64,000 nt of DNA. Source: Candidatus Lustribacter sp. (GTDB taxonomy: Bacteria > Vulcanimicrobiota > Vulcanimicrobiia > Vulcanimicrobiales > Vulcanimicrobiaceae). The stretch's first letter is position 1; the number at the start of each line of letters is the position of its first letter. Both the position numbers and the translations under genes were made by a program. Below are positions 19,677-27,320 of the stretch, piece by piece. The stretch spans positions 2,464,001-2,528,000 of the forward strand of contig OZ255842.1 of the NCBI GenBank assembly GCA_965277805.1, in the 5' to 3' direction. The notes beneath the pieces were generated by a model. That model did not search any database. It saw only the letters and a program-made list of their open reading frames with translations, and was not told where the DNA came from.

Positions 19677-19992
19677 TAGGCTTTGACACTACCAAGCGAA
19701 AGCACGCGGCACAATCCCGTTAAGTCGGGAATTTGCTCCGGAACCCGTCACTGCTTCAGTTCATCGCCGAGGTGCCGTGAATCGGCCCATGGAATTGCCG
19801 GAAGCCTCCAGCGAACCCAAAGCGGCACAGCTGATAAGCCTCTAATATCGGACGCGCGCAACGGTCGCGTCCCGGGCGCGACGACGACGAAACGCGGTTG
19901 CGCGTCCAATAATCTCCGGTTATCGAGCACGTTGACATTCAACTGAGACTAACGGCTGAGCTGGCATGACCATCAAGCTACGGCGAACGGGG

Positions 19993-20742
19993 CTACACTG
20001 TTCCGACCGGCGCCACTTCCGAAGCGATCTTCACATCGATCGGCGACTGCTCTACTATGCTTTTCACGGCTGCATTCGGAACGTCAGCGGCGGGAAGGCG
20101 AAGGTATCTCGGTATATCAAACGCCGCGAACGCTCGATCGATCAGCGGCGTGATCTTCGATAGTAGAGGTATTTTCAACGAACCGGCCACGAACGGGACC
20201 TCCGCCAGCTTCCAAAACGCGAAGCCGGCAGCGAGTGCAGCCGTTCCGGCAAGTGCGAGCTCGAAAGGAGTGCGGCCGTGGCCGACAATCGCGGCAATGA
20301 GGGGCTCGTGCACGAGATAGATTGAATAAGATGCCACACCAATCGCAACGAGCACCTTACTCGACAACGCGCGTTGCACGTCCGGCGACGTTCCGACGGC
20401 GACGACGAAAAAGAATGTGGCGAGTTGCCATCCGACGATTGCGGGTTGATAGGCGTACGTGATATCGGAGCCGTCCGAACCGGGCATGCGTGCGGATGGC
20501 TCGGCCACAATTCCGGCAATAGCACACAACACCATCATTGCCGGCGAGCTGCGCTTGATCCAGGTCGTGGCGGGACCGCCAAGCCGGGCGCCGATGAATA
20601 AATCAGCCGCGACGATACCCAACATAAAACCGGGCAGCGTACCGGCATCGAGTCCGCGAGCGCGAGTAAAAGCATAGATGATCATGCTGGCAAGGCCTAT
20701 CGCGCAAAACAGCCTCGGGGACTTCAGCCATGCCAACAACAT
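19993..20742 (-). pseudogene. Acyltransferase-3 (OafA-like) C-terminal fragment
   Basis: LVAIGVASYSIYLVHEPLI...FWKLAEVPF motif; the N-terminal half of the family is absent. Confidence 0.7.
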
Positions 20743-20938
20743 CCGCTCTTTTGAGGAGCAGGTTTGTTCACGGAGAGTAAAGCGAATCGACGTTTTGGGG
20801 CATCGGGGTGATCCTCATCACGCAAACCCTTTGACTTTTGGCGGATAACGGTAATGGAATTGCTTGGGCCGAAACTGCCCTCGATTTGATTTTGTAAACA
20901 CCCTAGCGCACGTACCACGAAATCGCTAAGGTCGTTCC

Positions 20939-21145
20939 ATGTTAATGTCACTGAGAGAGGTGGGCACGCGCGTCAGCTCATGCCCGTATCCGACAAAAGC
21001 CGAGCGGGGTTGTAGGGCGGACATCGCGTGGTTTTGCGTGTCTTGCAAACGATTTTCGTGCGGGATGCACGTGACTCGCCAGAGTGGCAACGTGGCATGC
21101 CGGCATTGCGCGCAGCAGTTACGGCGCCTGGGTGATCTAAATTGA
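20939..21145 (+). CDS. Zinc-finger microprotein 1 (C7H, B-box-like)
   Basis: C-x9-C-x5-W-x-C-x2-C-x4-C-x2-HV-x8-C-x2-C, shared with the next two ORFs. Confidence 0.7.
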   Translation: MLMSLREVGTRVSSCPYPTKAERGCRADIAWFCVSCKRFSCGMHVTRQSGNVACRHCAQQLRRLGDLN

Positions 21146-21468
21146 TGGATGGGCCGTCCAATGTCGATCAACGGGCCGGGGGACAAAACACGGCTCGAGT
21201 TTACGATGCTGACCGTCGCGTGACCAAAGTAGAGTGCGCGGAATCCACGATGCGCGGTGAGGCTTGCCGAGCGATTCCGCGTTGGCGGTGCCAAGGATGC
21301 GATCGTAACACGTGCGCCGATCATGTCGTCAGGCTTGCTACGGGGCCGCTTTGCGCAATCTGTAAGCAGCCGGCGACCCCGCTAATGCGGCGCGGCATTT
21401 TCTCGCACCTTACCGGCGAAACAGCCACGGTATTCATGAAGATACCTCCCCAACGGCTTAGCCGATAG
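21142..21468 (+). CDS. Zinc-finger microprotein 2 (C7H, B-box-like)
   Basis: Same motif spacing; start overlaps the previous stop (TGATG). Confidence 0.7.
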   Translation: MMDGPSNVDQRAGGQNTARVYDADRRVTKVECAESTMRGEACRAIPRWRCQGCDRNTCADHVVRLATGPLCAICKQPATPLMRRGIFSHLTGETATVFMKIPPQRLSR

Positions 21469-21472
21469 TGCG

Positions 21473-21703
21473 ATGAAAATCCAAAGGAAGGCCGAGCGAC
21501 GAAAACAGACGCCTCGTTGCGCGCAGGTCGTCGCAAACCGAAAACATTGCAAGTCGATACCGGCCTGGCGTTGCGAAATGTGCGCGACGGTTTTGTGCGG
21601 TGTGCACGTCGTCAGGAACGAGTACCGCGCGAGTTGCCGGCTCTGCGGCAGCAACGTGGTTCGCTTCAGTAAGCGCCTCGGCGAACGGCGAGCATCAATT
21701 TAG
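21473..21703 (+). CDS. Zinc-finger microprotein 3 (C7H, B-box-like)
   Basis: Same motif spacing; ATG 4 nt after the previous stop; basic termini. Confidence 0.7.
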   Translation: MKIQRKAERRKQTPRCAQVVANRKHCKSIPAWRCEMCATVLCGVHVVRNEYRASCRLCGSNVVRFSKRLGERRASI

Positions 21704-22131
21704 TTGCAGTGAATAGCGCCGGATGGTCCACTAGCTTTGCCCGGGCGCTTCGCGGCGACCAGTACCGGGGCGGGGGCAGGGCTACTCCCCGCGAAGGCGG
21801 CCCGTCCGATGAACTTTCGGACCACATGCACTTGGTAACCGACAAGATTCGCGAGGTCATGCCTGACGTGGCCCGGGTCGCGCACGGGCGCTGCGTGACG
21901 TGATCGCGCGGTTCGCAATCACTCACAGTCGACGCCTCCGACAGCAAGACGTGGTGGGTGAGGTTCGACCGCGCGCTGGTCTACGACGAGCGCCAGAGCG
22001 TTCGAGAGTGATCGTGACGGCGCAAAACGCGGCTGTGCACTTCACTTAGCGCGTTCGACGCCGCGACGTGCGTGACGATCGCCGCGAGCTATCGGCTAGA
22101 CTGTCGGGGCATACTCGTCGAGGACGAGGCC

Positions 22132-22284
22132 ATGCGCTGCCGGGCGTGTGGGTTTACGTCAACGTTGCCGGGCACGCCGGTCTCCGCGTGGCGCCGGCGT
22201 ACCTCTAACGTCGAGCCGACGGTGATCGAGCTGTGTGAGATCTGCGACGCTGCGGCCGGTGGGCAACCGGCGCCAACAAGCTGA
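22132..22284 (+). CDS. Putative zinc-ribbon microprotein
   Basis: GAGG RBS; MRCRACG...LCEICD (two CxxC). Confidence 0.4.
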   Translation: MRCRACGFTSTLPGTPVSAWRRRTSNVEPTVIELCEICDAAAGGQPAPTS

Positions 22285-22349
22285 ACCTATTTGAATGAGA
22301 GAGGAGACGGGCGTACCGTTAGCGCTCTTTGCGTCGCCTCGAATTGAAA

Positions 22350-23186
22350 TTATTTTGCTTGTTTAGGGACGGCGTTGGTGCCGCAATTATTCAAGTCAAA
22401 CGGCTTCGCTCGAAATTCGAACCTCCAATTGTCACCGCCGTATTCATCCGAGCTCCCTACGGCCATGCTCCATTGATCGAAATCGTAAACGACCCGAACC
22501 TCTTGATCGAAAATTGTATGCGATACAAATGTTACGGTAGCGTCTTTCCAAGTCCAGCGGGATGCGTCCAGCGGCTCCGGACCGTAGGTGAAGAAAGCTA
22601 CAGCTTGTCCTGATTCCGATGAGGAATTTGCGGCGAAGTTCTGTACTTCGGGACAGCTCGATATATATTTCGGGTTCGCTGAAACATTTCCGGGTAGATG
22701 CAATTCTACTCGATTGCGGAACGCGGGTGCATTGCCTAGGTTACGTACTTTTTCCGTAAGCACAAGCTGCCAGAGCCGAACACCCGGAAACTCTACTGGG
22801 ACCTGTTCAAGAATACAGCTGTCAACTGCCAATAGACAAGTGAGCTGCTGACGGTGATGCAAGTCGGCTTGAAGAAACGCGAGCCTGCCTTCTTGGGCCA
22901 TCGCAGATGTACGCCATGCTAGCAAGGCCGTCGCCAAAGCAAGACCGATGGTCCCAATGGCAACTAGAGCGTCCCAACCAAAAACCCATGGATGCTCAGC
23001 TATAACAGACTCCTTCCGCGAGGCCGCGATCTTCGATTCGGAGCGCCCAGCGGAGCTCCCTATTCCCAGGCGCTGCGAATGCCATTCGGGGTAACTTCGT
23101 CTTGCCGGAGATGACCGCAGGTTCGTAACAGTTGATGAGCACCTGTCTGCAGAGACCGCTTCTGGTGGCGCCACGCCGGCGATCAT
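22350..23186 (-). CDS. Hypothetical protein with one TM segment (true start probably near 23005)
   Basis: Long AT-richer ORF; WDALVAIGTIGLALATALLAW helix followed by a soluble domain. Confidence 0.55.
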   Translation of the reverse strand: MIAGVAPPEAVSADRCSSTVTNLRSSPARRSYPEWHSQRLGIGSSAGRSESKIAASRKESVIAEHPWVFGWDALVAIGTIGLALATALLAWRTSAMAQEGRLAFLQADLHHRQQLTCLLAVDSCILEQVPVEFPGVRLWQLVLTEKVRNLGNAPAFRNRVELHLPGNVSANPKYISSCPEVQNFAANSSSESGQAVAFFTYGPEPLDASRWTWKDATVTFVSHTIFDQEVRVVYDFDQWSMAVGSSDEYGGDNWRFEFRAKPFDLNNCGTNAVPKQAK

Positions 23187-23610
23187 CGAGACGCCTAGCT
23201 GTGTTCGATAAGTCGCTAATATCGAACGCGCCCCTCAGGCCATTGACGTCACAAGCGGTGAACGCATTGACTTTTTCGAAGGCGTGGCAGACGCATCGAA
23301 ATCGTTCTCAGTATCTTGCTCGTGGCCGCGTTGCCGCTATGCGCATCTGCTGAAGATTTTCCAAACCGTCCGACCGGCGTTCCCCTCATACATCCCGTGG
23401 GCCGGCTTTTGGACGATAGTGCCGGCGAGGGGCGCGGGTCGTTTGCGCTTCGGAATTTACAAACCGGCGCTGAAACGCAATATCGAATTGGTTCTCCAAT
23501 GACGGTTGATGGCCACGTAGCTCATTGCTTACAGCCTGGTGCGCGATCGATTCCTGTGCTACTACTGGCCATCATCCGTCATCGTTGGAAGGACTATTGA
23601 GACGCGGCGA

Positions 23611-24114
23611 TCACGCGTCGCCTTCGGGGGATGTGCCCGCCGGCATCTCATCTGTGATCGTCGGCACCTCAACGGCATTAGTTGCGTCGAACTGATGAGT
23701 TTGGGCACACCACGGGCAAAGGCGAGCGCGTGGCAAAAATCCGCGCCACTGAAGAGCTGCGATAGAAGGCGCGTAGATGGTCGCGGGCAGTAGCTGATCT
23801 GTCTCCGGACACCTCATAGTTACGAAGGGCACGGCGAAGATTTCGAGCCCGAGAAGGCGTCTCTCCTGTGGGCAGATTGCCACTCGTCCGCGCCACACGT
23901 TCCACCAAATCAGCCCTGCGATAAGCACAAATAACGTGGCTAAAAGTGTTTGCACCGTCGACGGGCGTCTGAACGCGAGCGCCACAAGGATCAGCGCGGA
24001 GGCACTCCACATCCAGGCGACCCAGGTTTTGTGGCGGGCCTTTTCGACGGCGTCATTTACCGGCGCCTTTTTCTCACAGGATCGCAGCTGCGAAGGCAGC
24101 CTTGCACACCTCAT
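23611..24114 (-). CDS. Hypothetical membrane protein with C-terminal C-P...CPxC-x3-H zinc-binding motif (start uncertain)
   Basis: Two TM segments, then MRCPETDQ...CPWCAQTHQF. Confidence 0.45.
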   Translation of the reverse strand: MRCARLPSQLRSCEKKAPVNDAVEKARHKTWVAWMWSASALILVALAFRRPSTVQTLLATLFVLIAGLIWWNVWRGRVAICPQERRLLGLEIFAVPFVTMRCPETDQLLPATIYAPSIAALQWRGFLPRARLCPWCAQTHQFDATNAVEVPTITDEMPAGTSPEGDA

Positions 24115-24480
24115 AACACTCGCAAGATGAGCCCTTGAGTAAGGCTTTCCTCTCGACGACGGCGCAGCCTCGCTGAGAACGGACCGCTCCGCGTTCTTGA
24201 AGGCTCGCCATCGCCACTGTTACGCTAGCGCGTCTAACGCCCAAAACGTGTGCCAAAGACTGTGTGTGATCTTTAATTCAGTTTTATGACCCTGTCTTGA
24301 GTTACTGACAGCGAGCGCGCGCACCGCTGAAGGACGGAATGCTTGGCGTTGCACGCCGCCAGTTGACCGGCGCAAAACAAGGTGGCAGTTACGTTCCGGT
24401 TCATGAGTCGCGCAAAAGATGCGCTACTCGTCATTTGCGCTCTGAATTGCTGAATTGGCATCATTGCAGAAATCAGTGAG
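24074..24480 (-). pseudogene. Crp/Fnr family regulator remnant (frameshifted, N-truncated)
   Basis: QLAACNAKHSVLQRCARSL in one frame; AHVLGVRRASVTVAMASLQERG...SCECYEV in another. Confidence 0.75.
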
Positions 24481-24663
24481 TTCAATCGGCAGAACATAGA
24501 CGCCACCCTAACACGCGGGCGCAGCCGCATCGGTCGCTTGCGCGTCACGCCGGAGCCCGGTCTCTTTAGCATTCAGGGCGATCCGAGTCGTGCGGGCGTC
24601 CGAAGGCGGCTTCGTCGAAGATTTGTACACCGAAGACTTCGTGAAGATCGAAGCGTACCGCGC

Positions 24664-24828
24664 ATGAGAAAAGTCACCAAGCGCAAGAAGTCTATCGTCG
24701 CCGAACCGCGCAGGTCCGAACCGTACATCTGCTGCGAGTGCGGCAAACCGATCATCGGTCGCGCGATGAAATACGGCCCTCCTCTGTCAAGTACGAACGC
24801 CTATCACCCGCTTTGCTATAACCCGTAG
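24664..24828 (+). CDS. Putative LIM-like zinc-finger microprotein
   Basis: ICCECGKPII...YHPLC motif after a basic N-terminus. Confidence 0.4.
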   Translation: MRKVTKRKKSIVAEPRRSEPYICCECGKPIIGRAMKYGPPLSSTNAYHPLCYNP

Positions 24829-24970
24829 CAACGTTATGCCGGACCTCGGGACTGAAGGCGTCTAGTTGTTTACCATCCGTTTACCACCCATTACCGCAGG
24901 AACGGGTCGGTCTTAATAAATTCTCCTGGACGGCCTACAAAGAAAAAGCCCGATAAAATCAAGCTTTTAA

Positions 24971-25044
24971 TGGAGCGGGCGGCGGGAATCGAACCCGCGA
25001 CTCTTGCTTGGAAGGCAAGGGCATTACCATTATGCAACGCCCGC
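24971..25044 (-). tRNA. tRNA-Gly(TCC)
   Basis: GCGGGCG...CTTGC-CTTCCAA-GCAAG anticodon arm, GGTTCGATTCCC T-arm, encoded CCA. Confidence 0.95.
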
Positions 25045-25430
25045 ATACCCCTGGTCGTCCCATCATTTGTCCCAATTTGCAGCAACTTCCCGTCACTTCC
25101 CGGAATTGCAGGTTGGCGGAGCTAGGCGTTCTCTGCTAAGTAACGCCGATCAGGCGGATGCGGCGGTGCATCCTGCGATTGCACGTATGGGGGCAAGCCG
25201 ACGCGGTCCGGCACGCCGGCCCACGCGAAGCAACGGCGCGACGGGCCGGATGCCGTCCAGCGGGCGCGACGCAGCGGTCAGGTCGTAAACGGCCGTTCGG
25301 CGACATACCCAGAACGTAAAGCCGGCCGCCAGCGCGACGGGCGGGCGCCACAAAGTAGGCGACGAGACGTGCAAATGGTGCGCGATCGTGCGGACGATCG
25401 GCTACCAAGGCCAAAAGACCCTAGTATCGG

Positions 25431-26459
25431 TTAGAGGTGGGTCGGGACTCGAACGCCGGCAGCCTTCTGTGCCGCGTTGATGAATGTCGTGTCGATCAAT
25501 GTACCGATCGGTTGTTCCAGCGGTACGAGGCTGTAGAGGTGCCAGAAGCGCTGTGTTTCTTCCAACGATGCAACGTGGATTTGGCCGTATTCACCCGTGT
25601 ATGGCGGCGACGGTATGGCCGCGATGAGATCGGGCGCGAGGCCCGTCCATTTCGCCATGATGGCGATCATTTCGGGCGTCCATTTGCCGTTCGCATCGGC
25701 GATGAACTTGCACGCCCTGACGTAACCGGTCAAGAAGCGGCGAATCGCATCCGGCTTCGCCTTCAGCGTTTTGGCCGAGGCAGCCAGGAAGCTCTCTTGA
25801 TAGCTCGGATCGACATCGGTGATCGAGAGCCAGCGATGGCCGATCTTCTGCTGCTCGAGTTGCGTGACCGTCGGCTCGTAGGCTGCTTGCACGTCGTTCA
25901 CGTTGCGCAATGACGCAAGCCAATCGCCGGCCGTCGAGAAACGTTCGCTGAATGTCATGTCGGCCGGCGTCAGCGCGGCGTTCGTCATCAGATGACGCGC
26001 GAGATACCAGCCTTCACCGCCCGGCGTTGCGCCGTCGAAGTGTTTGCCGCGTAGATCGCGCGGCGCACGAATCGTCTTCGCGTCCCAATCCGATTGCTTC
26101 ACGACGAGCCAAACCGCCGGGTTCCAGCCCTTGTGACTCGAGTTCGACGACGCGATCAGCTTGGCGTCGAAGCCTTGCGCGAACTGGTTGAAGAAACCGG
26201 GGTTCGCCGAGATCGTCGCGACGTCGACGTCACCGCGCGCGAGCGATGGGATGATCGACTGGCTCGAACCGCTGTGAATGACGGCCTGCACGTTCACGCC
26301 GGCTTGCGCGAAGAAGCCCTTGTCGATGCCGACCATCACCGGCAGCGTGAAGATCAGCTGCGGGTTCATCAGCACTTTCACGACGGGCAGCGCCGGCGTT
26401 TGCGCCCCGCTCGAAAGCGGCAGCAACAGCAGCGCGAAAAGAAAAAGGACGGCCTTCAT
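25431..26459 (-). CDS. ABC transporter substrate-binding protein (SsuA/THI5-like)
   Basis: Signal peptide from ATG 26459; KGFFAQAGVNV, PRDLRGK, KPDAIRRFLTGY. Confidence 0.82.
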   Translation of the reverse strand: MKAVLFLFALLLLPLSSGAQTPALPVVKVLMNPQLIFTLPVMVGIDKGFFAQAGVNVQAVIHSGSSQSIIPSLARGDVDVATISANPGFFNQFAQGFDAKLIASSNSSHKGWNPAVWLVVKQSDWDAKTIRAPRDLRGKHFDGATPGGEGWYLARHLMTNAALTPADMTFSERFSTAGDWLASLRNVNDVQAAYEPTVTQLEQQKIGHRWLSITDVDPSYQESFLAASAKTLKAKPDAIRRFLTGYVRACKFIADANGKWTPEMIAIMAKWTGLAPDLIAAIPSPPYTGEYGQIHVASLEETQRFWHLYSLVPLEQPIGTLIDTTFINAAQKAAGVRVPTHL

Positions 26460-26534
26460 AACCAAGAGCCTTTCCCTCGCTCGTTTGCGTTCCTGTCCGA
26501 AGACGCGCGCCGCGGTAACGGCGCGCGCCCGGAC

Positions 26535-26623
26535 TGGTGGGCAGGGTTGGATTCGAACCAACGTACCGCGTTAAGCGGGCCAGGTTTACAGCCTGGTGCC
26601 TTTAACCACTCGACCACCTACCC
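26535..26623 (-). tRNA. tRNA-Tyr(GTA)
   Basis: GGGTAGG acceptor, CCAGG-CTGTAAA-CCTGG anticodon arm, long variable arm, GGTTCGAATCC, encoded CCA. Confidence 0.95.
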
Positions 26624-26682
26624 ACGAGGTCGACCGCCTACAGTACGGCCCCCATCGAACCTGGTCCTACCCGCCACCGGCA

Positions 26683-26708
26683 TGTCATCCCGAACCCGTC
26701 GAGGGACA
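26683..26708 (+). repeat. REP-like short palindrome
   Basis: TGTCATCCCGAACCCGTCGAGGGACA; resembles the copies at 39613-39693. Confidence 0.5.
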
Positions 26709-26744
26709 GCTGGTCTCGGTGAAAGAATTAGGTGGGGAACACAG

Positions 26745-26823
26745 GCCGACGTGGCACAGCGGCGACTGCACAGCTTTTGTAAAGCTGCATACAACACCGT
26801 GGGTTCGAGTCCCACCGTCGGCT
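26745..26823 (+). tRNA. tRNA-Thr(TGT), atypical (11-nt variable region, no encoded CCA)
   Basis: GCCGACG/CGTCGGC acceptor; CAGCT-TTTGTAA-AGCTG anticodon arm; GTGGG-TTCGAGT-CCCAC T-arm. Confidence 0.85.
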
Positions 26824-26912
26824 TATCCAGTCAACAAGGCGTCCGGTCATCGGCTGGACTCAATAATCGGTTCGTATGGCGCGAACAGTGTAGGGTCGGA
26901 GGACAAGACCTA

Positions 26913-27299
26913 ATGCATCAAATCAGCGCCGATCACGCTGCGCATAATTAGCGCGCGCGGCGTCAAGAAACATTTCTCGCTGCTTTTGAAGTTTGTCTTG
27001 CGAACGAGCGTTGTCAGCGGTGCGGATGGGCCGAACGTCATGCAAAGACTGGGCGTGTTCCCCTCGAGATCGAACACATCGACGGCGATTGGCAAAACGC
27101 GTTCGAATCCAACCTCGCCGTGCTTTGTCCTAACTGTCATGCCCTTACGCCAACGTTTCGAGCAATGAATCGAGGCAGAGGCCGTCCGGGCCGTTCCGGG
27201 CTGCGCCCTAGGCCCGTGCAGGCCGAAATGATGCCACCGCCGCGGCCACGCTTCGAGACACGATGCGAATTGACGCTATTCGAAGTTCCTGCGGAGTGA
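26913..27299 (+). pseudogene. HNH endonuclease with in-frame TAG at 26949-26951
   Basis: Read manually. GGAGGA RBS, ATG 26913; downstream frame reads CQRCGW...PLEIEHIDGDWQNAFESNLAVLCPNCHALTPTF. Confidence 0.8.
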
Positions 27300-27320
27300 T
27301 AATGGACGAGCTTCCCTCGA

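Larger units (their letters stand above)
18262..24997. mobile_element. Decayed genomic island integrated at tRNA-Gly(TCC); no integrase seen
   Basis: 27-bp terminal direct repeats; visibly more AT-rich than the flanks; gene fragments and small hypothetical ORFs. Confidence 0.8.

Noticed and set aside
23316-23640. Secreted protein in the island
   Set aside because: Looks like a frameshifted fragment without a recognisable family; too weak to call.
25136-25414. Small ORFs or ncRNA between tRNA-Gly and the SBP gene
   Set aside because: No motif, RBS or recognisable RNA family; cannot be supported.
26775-26790. Reading the plus-strand tRNA as Tyr(GTA)
   Set aside because: Centring the loop on GTA destroys the anticodon stem; the perfect 5-bp stem centres TGT.
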